Positions 1 through 12,600 of a DNA stretch of 64,000 nucleotides are shown piece after piece (position 1 is the stretch's first letter; each line of letters starts with the position of its first letter). A program made the translations under genes and the position numbers. The DNA comes from Podarcis gaigeae (lineage: Eukaryota), in assembly GCA_964106915.2 (NCBI GenBank), contig OZ066915.1. The stretch is one strand, 5' to 3'. A model generated the notes under the pieces. That model did not search any database, was not told the DNA's origin, and worked only from the letters and a program-made list of their open reading frames with translations.

Positions 1-1726
1 GACCTGCTTTGAAGTACAGGCATCATACAGGTATGTTTGTCAGTGGGCCAAGATTGACTGCAGCCCCACAAATTGTATGTTTGTTGGCAAACCTGGGTTA
101 ATGTGGGAAATGGCTCTCAATGAGCAGTACAGTACTGAACATAACCAATCAATTACTAAATAGGCTTGGTTGAAAATGAATGTTTAGACTCCAGGCTATC
201 TTATGCTAGGTGTGCTTTCACCCATCTTGACAAATCTTTAGAAGATGTTGAGTTCCAGGCTGTGGTAACCAGGAACGCAGAGTCAGATTTCATAACACCA
301 CCATCTCTTTCTGCAGAAAAATGACATAGAACACGCATGATTGTTATGTCTTGTCCATTTCAACAGTTGTCCTGTGTGCCTTTGATATTTGCTTTCCCAT
401 GTCTGAGGTTTATTGTGGAGCAGCTGCATGTTTCTCTGGCATTTTTGCAAGTTCCATACCTGCAGAGTAGCATTCTCCAATGTGGGGTCAGACAGTCTAT
501 GGAAGAATTAGGAAAAACTGAGGGACATTCTGGTGGTTTCATCCTGTTTGAAACCTGGGCAAGGTAAAGGCAGCACAAACTTAGTTTAAAAGGGTGGCTA
601 GAACAAAACATCAGGATTCCATATCTCAAAGTACCAGAGTGGATCTTGGGAAGATGGCTGTTAGAATGTGTGGGGAATTTATTCACATTAATTTCAGAAA
701 CTCTTTGGGTTACCTCCTGAAACATATAGGCAGCAGATTAGACAAATGAAAAACCTGCTTCACACACACAAAAATCCCTACACTATTATATTATAGATTG
801 CTTTCTAAAGGAAATAAACAAATGATAAATACACTGAGGAACTTCCATATTTAAGAAGAGTGTACCACAGATGATTGTTTACTAACAACACAGAATGGAT
901 GTTCTGCTTCTGAACTTTTTTAGCTTTTGACTGGCCACTTTTAGACAAAATGCTGAATTAGGTAGACTATTGATTTCAGCCAGCACTGCAATTCTTGTGT
1001 CCCAAATCTTGATTGGGGCAGTGTTCCTAACAATTATCATCTGCTTTAGAGACCAATAATTTAATGCATCTCTATGGGGGCAACTTGCGATTTGCTAAAA
1101 TGTCTTCATTTTAAACACAGTGGCTTGGGAGCAAGGGCATTCTGCTGCATGAAAGCAATTGGGGGCATGGGAATTCCAAGCTAACAGTATATTATTGGAC
1201 CACTGTCTCGCAATAAATGTTTGTCTAGATACATCCCAAAATAGAGGAGCAAGAGATGGATCTGATTGTTTCATGGTGAGTTAATTAGTTCTGCAAGGAT
1301 CCCAACACCAGAGTCCAGAACAGACAGAAGGGCTTCTTCTGCATCTGCAAATGATGCACTTGCTGTTTAAGTTAGCAATTGCTGGCTCACTCCCCTGTAA
1401 AAACTTAAAATGCCAATCAGAAACATGACAGCACCATGATTTAGCCCATCTGGTGTACTACAGAGTAGATATTATCTGACAGTTTCAGCTTGCATATGCC
1501 GAAAAGTTAAGTATGTAAATGTAGGAGCCTGCAGGGTTATTTACTTTTGCCACATTTGTGGAAATATGTTGAATAACTAGCTCTACTGGAGTAATATAGG
1601 GGTCTGTGAAGAAAGAATAGTTGACGGCTGAATTGCCTTATGTTGAATGTGGGTTTATCTCCATTTGATTACTGGCTGGTTACAAGGGTAGCAATCACTC
1701 AGCCACTCTGTCTTCTGAATTTCTAG

Positions 1727-3581
1727 GAACATGCACCAATTCCAGTATATCACCCAACGCCCAGCCAGGCACGTCTTGCCACACAACTAACAGAAGAGGA
1801 GCAGATCCGTATAGCTCAGAGGATTGGGCTGATTCAACATCTTCCCAAAGGAATATTTGATCCAGGCACAGAGCCATCGGAAAAGAAAATCAAAGAGTAT
1901 GTTTTCCATGTGCAATGCTTTGTGTTTATCCAGTTCACTGAGACTATTTGCTAGTAGATGCATATATAGCCTTTATATCCCACTGACAGTGTGTAGCAAT
2001 TCCCTTTCCAAAATGGAATATGGGTATATTGTACTGTCCAATTCTTGGTTTTAAAAAATGATGACATTCTTGGTTTTAAAAAATGATGACATAAAAAGAT
2101 TGACTATCCCTGGTCTGATTCCTGGTCAATCACTACCTGTTCAGACCGCATTACGTTACATTTATTTGCTCGTTCTCTCGATTTGGAGAAGTTCTTATAG
2201 AGCTTTTCACAATCCCTTTATGATTTAATCACCCTGAACAACTTAGTGTCATGAGCAAACTTGGCCACCTAACTGGTCTAGCTTGTTTTTTTTTAATAGA
2301 AAAAAAGTACAGGTCCCAATACTAATTCTTGTGGGACTCCACTTTCTGTCTGCTTTAGTAAGGTTTGTTCTTCTATATGCTTGGTCATTTTATCCTTAAC
2401 AATACTTTCTACCAGTTTTTTCAGGACAGGTGTTAAGCTAACCAGCCTGTAATTTCTAGGATTCCCCCTGGATCCCATTTTAAAAATTAGTGTCACATTG
2501 GCTACTTTCACCTTCAGGTGTGGAGGTTGATCTTTGGGACAATATACAGTGGTACCTCAGGTTACAGACACTTCAGGTTACAGATGCTTCAGGTTACAGA
2601 CTCCGCTAACCCAGAAATAATACCTTGGGTTAAGAACTTTGCTTCAAGATGAGAAGAGAAATTGCATGGTGGCGGGAGGCCCAATTAGCTAAAGTGGTAC
2701 CTCAGGTTAAGAACAGTTTCAGGTTAAGAATGGACCTCTGGAACGAATTAAGTTCTTAACCCGAGGTACCACTGTACATATTTTTATTAAGTCAGAAACT
2801 TCATATTTGAGTTGAGATCTCTTAAGTAGATTCAGACCCCAATTTGCCTCAATTCCTCAGACTTCATACAAAAGTTAATTTAGGCAAAAGTTAGTTCCCC
2901 ACCATCATTTTTCCAACAGAGCAATATTTTCCCCAACTATATAACACAAGGTGAAATTAACATGCATCATATTTAAAATGAAATATTGTTCTCTTCAGCC
3001 TCTGCATCCATCTAACCTTAAAGAGTTCTTTGTTATGACGACAGTGTGTATTTAAAAACATCCAATAAAATATGAATATACAACACCAACCTTCAGCTGG
3101 GGTAATGTCCATGTTTTGGAATAGATGTAGGTGGAGGGTCATCCTTGAGCCTTGGAAGTCAGAAGCAAACTATTAAAGATAGAGCGCTCTGTGTGTAACA
3201 GGCTTGCATGCTTTCCAGCACCACAACCAGTATTGGACACTGTTAAGAATGGAATAGTGAGACTAAATGACTTGCCAGCAAGTAGTTCTTTACTGGGATA
3301 CCTAAACTTACCATGTGGTGACAAATTGGGCAGGGAATGCGAAAGAGAAGTATTAGAAGACATTTTAGTGTCTTTAATAACATTTCCTTTTCTCTCTGCC
3401 CGATTTCAGGTGTGTGATCTGCATGCTGGATTTTGTATACGGAGATCCTATCCGGTTCTTGCCCTGCCTGCACATCTACCACGTTCACTGCATTGACGAC
3501 TGGCTGATGCGATCATTCACCTGCCCTTCTTGCATGGAGCCAGTTGACGCTGCTCTTCTGTCCTCCTACGAGACTAACTGA
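1727..3581 (+). CDS. RNF11: RING finger protein 11-like (RING-H2 E3 ligase), last two coding exons; exon 1 not found, presumably upstream of the window
   Basis: Exon 1727-1896 (ttctag|GAA...AAAGA|gtatgt, 170 nt) encodes EHAPIPVYHPTPSQARLATQLTEEEQIRIAQRIGLIQHLPKGIFDPGTEPSEKKIKE. Exon 3410-3581 (ttcag|G, 172 nt, TGA 3579-3581) encodes CVICMLDFVYGDPIRFLPCLHIYHVHCIDDWLMRSFTCPSCMEPVDAALLSSYETN*. RING-H2 pattern and the RNF11-type C-terminus are present and phases are compatible. Probably a paralogue rather than the orthologue (see findings). Confidence 0.92.
2200..2830 (-). mobile_element. CR1 LINE ORF2 (RT) fragment, interrupted by a MITE
   Basis: Minus-strand translation ANVTLIFKMGSRGNPRNYRLVSLT...KLVESIVKD and GVPQELVLGPVLF are degenerate CR1 RT motifs. 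Boundaries approximate. Confidence 0.8.
2547..2774. mobile_element. Non-autonomous Tc1/mariner (Tigger-like) MITE
   Basis: TIRs CAGTGGTACCTC...GAGGTACCACTG flanked by TA on both sides; related copies at 31622, 40756 and 53389. Confidence 0.88.
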
Positions 3582-4824
3582 GGTGGCTCGGTGCCCTGCT
3601 CTTGTTAATGCTTCCAGGCTCTGGCTGTGTGGGGGGCTGGGATGTGGCACACTCTTTTATTTGCACACTTCTGGGATACACCAAAGATCCTATGGCAGAG
3701 AATCTGATCCCAGGCCTTGATGACAACACAGAACCATTCTAGCTTGGCTGGCTGTGCTAAAGGCTGACTTGTGCCATATTTGAGAATTGTAACCAGAGTA
3801 GGTGGAGACTGGGGGCAAAATGGCAAAGCAAGAATTGTCCTTTCACTCCACCCACAAATGCTGTTTTTTTCTTTTCTTTTTAAGAAGATCAAGATTGTTC
3901 CTTAGGACTATTCTTACCCACATACCTGTTTAAATCCCCACTGAGTTATCAAGTACAGGTCTGGGGTGTTACATGGGAGGGGACTGCAACTCTTTGACCG
4001 AAAAGAGAGAGTTGTTTAAAGCTGGCACTGGTTGCAAAGATCTTGTAATTTCAAATCCAGAAAAGGAGTTTTAGCATTGTCACATCAACTCTGGTTGGTT
4101 TGTGGCAGAATCTGGAGTTTTGAGAAGTGTTTTTTTTTTTTTTAAAGCATTTCTCCGTTACCCCACAAATGCTTCTTTTAACCAGGTGGGAAACAAGCGT
4201 CTTTAAAAGCTTGGCCACTATTGAAATCTTACCCAGTAGCACTTGTGCTACAATGCACAAAACAAGTCTAAGGGGTTTGTCTCAGTTCTTTGTGGGGGCA
4301 ATTTGGAGCAGTGACCTTGGCGGGGACTTGAGCTTGATTTCTGTAGTTGGAGTCGGGGTGCTTCTGTTTAAAAGGTTCATGTTTCAACTAAGAATGAACG
4401 ATACATACTTTTCACTTCCTCTCTTCTGCCTGTAAAGATTTCAAGATGCTTTTAAGGTGAAGGAGACAGAAGAGTTATTTGTTAAATAACAGCTTTTTAG
4501 TAAGTTAGTGATGAAGTACAAAAGCCTCCTCTACAGATGGTGGGTTAAGGCATTCAAGTGCACTATTGTAAAGGGTAAAGAAACTGTTTGTTTGCCCAAT
4601 GTTTACTCTGTTTGCCTTACACAAAATGAAGACTCTTGTCCCATAAGAAACTGCTAGCGATTAATGCCATGCAGCAAGCCCACTGTTTGGAAAGGCTTCC
4701 CTTAGTCATGCTGTTTATTGCCTTGCAAGTGGAGAGGCGTGAAAGTGCTTTTCTGATTATGCATTGTCCTTAACAAGGATCTAGCACTTGAAAGTAAAAC
4801 TGATGTGTGTTGCATTCAAATGGA

Positions 4825-4830
4825 AATAAA
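4825..4830 (+). promoter_or_regulatory. Candidate poly(A) signal of the RNF11-like gene
   Basis: AATAAA about 1.25 kb after the stop codon; use not demonstrated. Confidence 0.5.
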
Positions 4831-5580
4831 ATAGATTGCATATAATCCCTTGTAGAAATAAGTATTTGGGCAAAGCGGACTGCTCATATCCCTTTTCTTC
4901 CATCACTCTTTCCAGCTAAGATGAATGTCAGCAGCACTTGACAAGGAGAATTCTTCTACTGGTCAATAATCATCAGTGTTTCTTTTCTGTACTACCTTTT
5001 GTCTTTTGCAAAAGATGAATTTGGTGTTTAGTCCATTTTTGATCAGGCATAATTTTAGAGTTGCAAGGTCCATGCTGAGACTTGGCCCTTCCTCTTTCCT
5101 TATTGTCCCAGGAAAGGAATAGCAGCAGCTGCTTTCTAAGCTACACCACAAGCCACTTTTCAATAGCAGGATCCCAAGGGTGGTGAGCAGAGAAGCAGCT
5201 GCAGCCCAGTTCCCTAGAGAGCTTTCTTGCCTTGAAGGAACAGCAACAACTAATAAGGAGCAGTGTAGTTGTTGTCTTAAAGGGATGACAGGAGATGGGA
5301 AATGGAGTAGAGCAGTAGATAAGATTCAAACTATGTTCCTGAAGGCTGCTTCTCCTGCAGTCACATCAGGGCCTGATTTGTAGCTGGTTTGCTACAAGTT
5401 TCATATTTACCTTTGCAACTGTCATCTTAAGTATAAAGTGAGAAATACTTTCAACGCATGCTTGCACCAAATAGCAGGGGAGAGAGGAATGTAGAAGTAG
5501 AAAAAATAATAATGGCAGGGATGACATTTTTAAAAACTCATATTGTCTCCCCAAAGGTGGAGAGGCATCTCTAATTCAAT

Positions 5581-5917
5581 GGTAAAGGTAAAGGGACCCC
5601 TGACCGTAAAGTCCAGTCACAAACGACTCTGGGGTTGCAGCGCTCATCTCGCTTTACTGGCCAAGGGAGCTGGCATTTGTCCGCAGGCAGCTTCCGGGTC
5701 ATGTGGCCAGCTTGACTAAGCTGCTTCCGGCAAACCAGAGCAGCGCACAGAAACGCCGTTTACCTTCCCACTGGAGCAGTACCTATTTATCTATTTGCAC
5801 TTTGACATGCTTTCGAACTGCTAGGTTGGCAGGAGCTGGGACCGAGCAACGGGAGCTCATCCCGTCGTGGGGATTCGAACCGCCGACCTTCTGATTGGCA
5901 GGCCCTAGGCTCTGTGG
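5581..5917 (-). mobile_element. Sauria SINE
   Basis: (ACCTTT)n tail on the minus strand, Bov-B-like 3' end, B-box GGTTCGAATCCC; highly similar to 40188-40538. Confidence 0.88.
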
Positions 5918-6754
5918 TACCACCCAGTGGTACAGTTAAGTAATTTTCGATTCTGAACTTAATGGTCTTATGCGGGCTCCACTCTTTAGATGGTAAAGCA
6001 CATTACTTACCTATTTTAAAATGTGGCAAACCAGCTGTACTACATTTGGGTGGATTCCTGCCCCCAAATCCTCCTGGGGCAGCACCACTACACTAATGAA
6101 AAGTATCAACTACTGGTGAAGACCTCTGCCCAAATCTCTGAGGAACCACTATCAGTCAGACAGTACTGAACAACACATGCTACTAGCCTGACTGTATAAG
6201 GCAGCTTCATATGTAAAGATGGTTGACTGTGGAGTGAGCAACAGCACCCTGAGTTCCATTTGGCCTGATACACAAACTAGCATCAATCAAAGGGATGTCT
6301 AATGCACATCTCCATGCACATCTGAAGACTGGCTGGAGTGGAAACAAAGTTGTTCTGCTGGCAACTGGGTATAGGGCCTCAAGCAACTGAAAAGAGGTAA
6401 GTGATCAAAGTTCTGGCTGGGGCAATATAACCAGGCCAGAACAACATCTAGCAGAAATGATACTTTTCAAATAAATTTTCACAGTGAACAAAAATATACT
6501 GTATGGGTTATCTATCATTGGGTTTTGAAAAGAACAAGCAGCAACACCTAGAAATAAAGATGAATATATCAAGCAACTGTTGTAACTGCAATGAATGTGT
6601 TTTCATACCCCTGCTATTATTAGCTCATTCTTTAACCACATATTTTCCAGAATAGTGAATGAACAGTCTATGAATCTTGCCCTCTGGAAATGTTCCCTAG
6701 CAAAGTGCAATTGCACCTTCACCAGATGCATAAAGTTATCCTAAGCTAAAAAAT

Positions 6755-6945
6755 ATGTTTATATCCTGTATTTACTGTGAAGAGTTCAAGGAGTGAACTC
6801 CCCCATTTTATCCTTGTAGCCCGTTAAGCTGAAAGAAAGTGATTGGCCCATGGTCATCCAATGAGTTTCATGGTCAAATGGGGATTTGAATGTTTATCTT
6901 CCAAGCCCCAGGTCCAGCACTCTCAACCACTACATCACATTGGAT
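6755..6945 (-). mobile_element. Degenerate tRNA-derived SINE (Squam3/MIR-like)
   Basis: Minus strand begins ccaatgtgatgtagtggttgagagtgctggac...ttcaaatcccc, followed by a core-like body and L2-type tail. Boundaries approximate. Confidence 0.55.
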
Positions 6946-9699
6946 TCCACATGTGATAGGAGAGGGAGAACCATTAGCAGTGTAGTTAGTCTAGTTTGTG
7001 CCTTTTAGAATTTCCTATGTTAAAACTTAAATACATAAAAATCATTAGTGAATATTCACAAAGCAGTGATGAGTCACTAATGATTTTACATATATTAACA
7101 AAATTTTTAATGTCTCTTGCATTTTATATCCTCCTAACCCCACTACCAATGTCTGTGTATAAAATTTAAAAGATGAGATAACACTTCTTGCATATGATCA
7201 AGTACTTTAGTCCACAAATGCAGACCGCTAATATATTTGTTAAGTCTTCAAGGTGCCACATATTTACTGTTTTTGCTGCAACAGAGTAGCATGATTACCT
7301 CTGAAAGGTACTTACCCAGCCATAGGTTATACAGGCAACTCCCCATTAGCGCTGGGGTTGCGTTCTTGGCATTTGCACACTTCAGAGAAGTGCGCATCAG
7401 CCCACCCTGTCCCCATTCCACCCTCCACTGGATCGAAAACAACCCATCTGCTGGCCGTCACTTTTCAAATGACTACACGCAAAATGGTCACTACCTGTAT
7501 AAGTAAAAATACCTTTTATCATAAAAAAGAAATAGAAATGAAACAAGGCAAAGCTAGCGAATCAATATCCACAACAGAATTTTATTTTAAAAAGCTAGTA
7601 GTAAGAATGATTATCAGTGCTCTAAGCCAGGTTGTGGAGGTCAAAAGCAATAAAGGAGTCTGATCTAGTGTAGAACAAGGAAGCAAACTGCCACCACTTT
7701 ATAACAGGTGTGTAACCAGATACCAGTGAAATATTTGGCCCTTCCAAGTTACTTCAGGCTTTAAACAGTAAAGTCTCATATATGACCACCCCGAGCTCCT
7801 TTCAGACACTACCTCAAACTGAATACAGCAGGTGGTGATGTCTTCCAGCCCTTTCCCCAATCTCTACCTATTCAGGTCTGAAATAGTGTTTGACATGCAT
7901 ACGGTCATATGTATGAAAGTTTCTGCCACATGATTAGGTTTCCTAATCACACTGAAGAGCCTACACACATATAGATGTACACACCCCTCTAGATCTTCTG
8001 CTGAATAAAGGTCTGAACAGGACTCAAGTCGGCTGAGATTCCAGCAAGTGTACATAACTACTTAAACAAGAGTGTTGGGTTGAACCCAACAGAATCATTG
8101 TATTAGCAGAATGACTTCTGCTCACACCATGGAACTTCTACTCCCTTTCCTGCCTCCACCTCCCAAAATCTGCTTTGAGATTTCCCCCAAACATCCAAAG
8201 CAGATTTGGGGGTTGCAGACAGGATTCAATCCAGTATTTCCTCCACTTCCCATGTCCTACACAACCGTCAGAGTGTTCTGATTGGTAGAAAGCAGTGCCT
8301 TCCGCAGAGAGGGCATTTATATATAAAACATTTGGCCTAAAGGCTGTTCAATAACATAACACACACCCTTTAGGCCTCTCCTAGATGAGAATATAAAACT
8401 TCAGCTGGTTTTCCTTCAGCTTAAAAATCTTCTGCAAGTATGTTTTGCATTGAGCAGAAGTTGGATATTTCATATCTGCTCTCTGACACAAAGCGCCTGT
8501 TCCATGAAAAGGAAATGGCACAAATAAAGAGTAAGATTCAAACATAAGCCCAACTGCACCCTCAACACAAAAATTGGGGGCTATAAATTATCCTAGAAAA
8601 GGTCTTGTTTGTATTCTCATTTCTTGACATTCCAACTGCTAAGAATGTACCCAAGGCCTTTCTATGAAGTCATCCCCAGTTACTCTCAGTGACAGAACTC
8701 ACATCACTGCAGAAACTATCTGAGTTTCAGCTTTAGTACACTACTTCACTGAAAGTATAAGGAGTCTAAATGGAGAATAAAAAAAGAGAAACATAGGCTC
8801 CCATGCACACAGCAAACAACTGCTAGACAAACAGCCTTTCTCAAAGAACTCTGGCCACAAAGCCCAGGACTGGAACAGGGGGGCTAGTCAAAGGCTAGAA
8901 TCATGATATCTGGAAATTCCATTTGTCCCAGAGCACGTTTGTTGTAATTTTAGCCAATTTTTCTCCTAATATTGGGTTTAAGTGCAGACCAAGTTTCTAC
9001 CTTCTTAGCTAGCAGATAGGCACAACATAATCCGCAGTGCTAAATTGGAGCATGCATAGCAGAAGGCAAGGAATGAGCTTAATCAGCAGCAACTGGAATT
9101 CAGAATAAAACCACATAACACACTGTATTGTACAGTGAAATGGTGAGGAAAAAACAGAAGCAGAAATGCACCCACAGAATTGTCAGATACTAAGCATACC
9201 AAGGAACTCAGCACTGGTCACCTTTTCATCAATGTGTTCTGGAATTACTGTTGTCTGCAATGCGGATTTGGAAATTGTGACCACATGTTAAGTTCATCTT
9301 CAACAGAAGCAGATAACGCATTTGGCAAAATGGATCCATTTAGCTTATCCCATTGTGGAAACTTGAGGAGTACTGGAAGGGTTAAGCAAAGGTTTAATGC
9401 TAAAGATTTGGTGGGCATGGTATGTTGCCTGGTGATTCAGGGAAAGACATATCAGACCAATTCCACTATTTTGGGGATTACAAATTAAAAAATCCTGCAA
9501 CTAAGTCAAAGTTCTTAGTTCTCAGAAGAAAGAAGATAACAATAAATGAACCAATGAAGGAGGCTCTAAATTCCCAGATATAAAAGCATGGCAAGTCACC
9601 TGCTGCCGTGGCAGCATTCAGTCTGTGGGGCAGAGCTACTCTCCTTTGACGTTTTAAATAATTATGTACATCAGAGAAAGTCCAAGCTGGAGATGAGAG

Positions 9700-12600
9700 T
9701 TATTTCACCAAAGGTCGGGTTTTATCATCATCACTGCACTGGTGGGCTTTGTATTTTTTCACTTCAGCCATATATTTGGCCCATGCATCACCTTTACTTG
9801 TCAAAACCTACAAACAAAACAGGAGAGGCAAAAATGAAATGTTACATATCTCAAATTATTTTATTCTGAAGCATACCATATACAGAAAACATTAACTCTC
9901 AAAAAACAATGGCATAAACCTAACCATCTAACTAGGAGTCTGGGTTGTATTGTACTAGGGAGCCCCAGGTTCAAATTCTTGCTCAGCTATAAACCTCACA
10001 GTATGACACTGGGGTAGTCAACATCTCTTTAGTGTAACCTATCACATAATATTGTGAAGACAAAAGGAAGATAACCCCAGGTACTTGATCTGCCATTATC
10101 TCATTGGAATTAAAAGCACTGGGTTATAGGCAATGCTGGTGTAACAGACATTCCCATATTCTCCTTTCCAGCCCTCACAAGGACCCTCTGCAGCAGATTT
10201 TGAAGGTGCATGCGAGAAGGATGGAAGTCCTATTATGCAAGAGGAACTCTGTACATGCAGCATTTGAAACAACCCTGTTTACAGAAATGAAATAGACAGG
10301 AAAGCTTAACACTTAACTAGGAAATAACAGTTCTTCATTTCACTTGACATGCACCTTTCCCACTAAGGAAGAACACAAGCTTCCAGCTTCATTGCTGTTA
10401 TCACAACTGAAGCAGGAACAAGAAATAAAGTACTCTTCTGCTGCTCCTGTAGACCTATATAGCAGTTTTTTATTGAAGGGCGGCCACTGCCGTTAATGCA
10501 GAGTTCATATTCTTTCAGTGTGTTGTCTCTTTCTCTCTCCCTCCCCTCACATACACAAATTAAAGCAACCTGCCCCTGAGATTCTAGCAGAGGCCAAAAA
10601 TCATTGTTCAGTTCTCCTAGAAATTTTCTCACACTCCAAAGATGGCCATTTCCCTAAAGATGGAAGGTCAACATCAGTGCCAAACTTAGATAGCATGAGG
10701 GAGAAGAATATTAGCTTCAACTTCCCATTCCTGCTGAAATGGAAGCAAAAGCATTGCTGCCCCATGGGCTGTCAAGCTAACTTACCTCATCCTCTGTCTT
10801 TTGTTTCTTGGCTACCACTCCTGTCTTCAGGGCTAGCTTGCTGCCCCCTCTCCGCTTGCCCACCTGGGTGAAGGGACAGAAGACTGCAACCGTTATACGA
10901 GCCTGGGAGCTGCAAGGGGAATGTTGCCCACTATATAACGGTATAGGGAGTCCTTCAATTAGATCATCTTAGCTCGCCATCACACCTGTCAGTCAGTACA
11001 GAGCTGCCGAGCGTTACCTACACCGTTGTGCTAGGAGGGTAAAAGGGCACCTTAGCAGTGTTCACCAATACATCTGTACAGATTAGCCCAAACATTAAAA
11101 GACACATTTTATAAAAAAGTGAAGTATTCTGAATGCTTTCCAGGCTCAATGTCCATTAGAAAATAGGATCAACACTGAACTTCCACTCACATTCCCCTAA
11201 AACATCACAACATACATGAAACTGTTTGATTTCCTAATAATTACAAGGACAATCAAGTTGGCAGAGTCAGTCTTATTCCTGTCTAGGGAGGGGATGTGTG
11301 CTACTGTCATTCTATAAATCTGTATAATCTCCATAAAACAAAAAAATGGATTTCTAAGAGCAGCTCGAGGCTTAAAATATGAAATGTCAGCTTTCATTTT
11401 GAAAAAAACAAGCTTGAAAACAGATGGGGTCCTTCTGATAAAAACTATGGGGTCCTTCTGATAAAAACTAAGGAACGAGAGCAGGGTTTCAATGTCCACT
11501 ATCAGACCCTGCTCACATCATGAAATTCCTGCAGTACATGCCCCTTATGCTCTTCCTATTCATAGCGCCAGTAATGCCATATGCCCAAACGTATGCTCCA
11601 TCTCCAAGAATCCTCTATCTAGAGACTCCAGGTTTCATAAGCCTGAAAGGGAAAAAATACTAATTTTCTTACTCGTAGGCTGCAATTCCATACACAATAC
11701 CCTGGTATTAATTCCCACTGAACTCAACAGCTTATTTTTTAGTAAACACAGAGCACCTTGTTGTTATTCTATTCTGAGTAGCCTCCCCTTTTCTATAACA
11801 GGCTATGTTATTAATGCTGAACCAATAGAGAATACATTGCATTCTTCTCTATCCAGCTGCGAACCAAATAGCAGCTTATTTCAGAATTATCACACCAATA
11901 CGGATGTTGAACGGATTTCATTCTGTTGTAAGCATGATACTATCTATGCAGAAAAACTTCCATATGCTAGACAAAAGCCCCATTTACTTGCAACAGCTGT
12001 TTAAAGCAGGGGAAACTCCTGGTTTGCTTTAAGAAAAAGGGCCTAGTTTATCTTAATACACCTCAGTTCCTTTGTTTTCATATAATGTCTGTATCAGTCT
12101 CTATCAGATGGTTCTCCAAAACACAGCTAAATCAAAGAACTATGTTGTGGTATTTTACTTGCAGTTCACAGGATGGCCTTCTAGATCTACTACTTCCAAT
12201 TTGAATCTATATTACACACATCAGGATTGACACTTTTAGTTTCTCAGAAGGAGGCAGAAAAGAGAATGTTTATCCAATTATTTATTTTGCACCTTGCACT
12301 CCCAAGTTAAGATTCAGTAGGTTTTTTAAAAAAAAAAATGTCATAATTTTGGTGGATTATTTTGGCTGTGGCTACTGAATGGCTTTGATTTTTAGAAATG
12401 CACAGCAGCAGGTAGTTCTGTCATGGGCAGGATTATTAAGAACCCCAAAAGGCAAGCTTGGAACTTGAAGCTCACCCACTTGGAAATAAGGCACACTGAA
12501 ATTAATGAGTTTTTGAGCAAATATGTTTATGGTCAGAAAATAAAAAGGATTTTGATGGTTACTTTATAGACTTAGGACTAGTTAAGTAAAAATAGCCTCC

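Noticed and set aside
2555-2760. Short repeated cttcaggttacag/ggttaagaac units as a CRISPR-like array
   Set aside because: These are sub-terminal repeats of a MITE in a vertebrate genome; there is no regular repeat-spacer structure and no cas genes.
5000-9600. TNPO2 exons or its intronic snoRNAs, expected next to TRIR from human synteny
   Set aside because: I recognised no transportin-like peptide and no convincing C/D-box snoRNA in this interval.
11424-11470. 23-bp tandem duplication (also a ~32-bp duplication near 18532-18595 and an 18-bp one near 51790-51827)
   Set aside because: Isolated two-copy slippage duplications with no sign of function.
11492-12004. 170-aa ORF in TRIR intron 1
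   Set aside because: No recognisable homology, motif or splice context; AT-rich intronic composition. Treated as chance.
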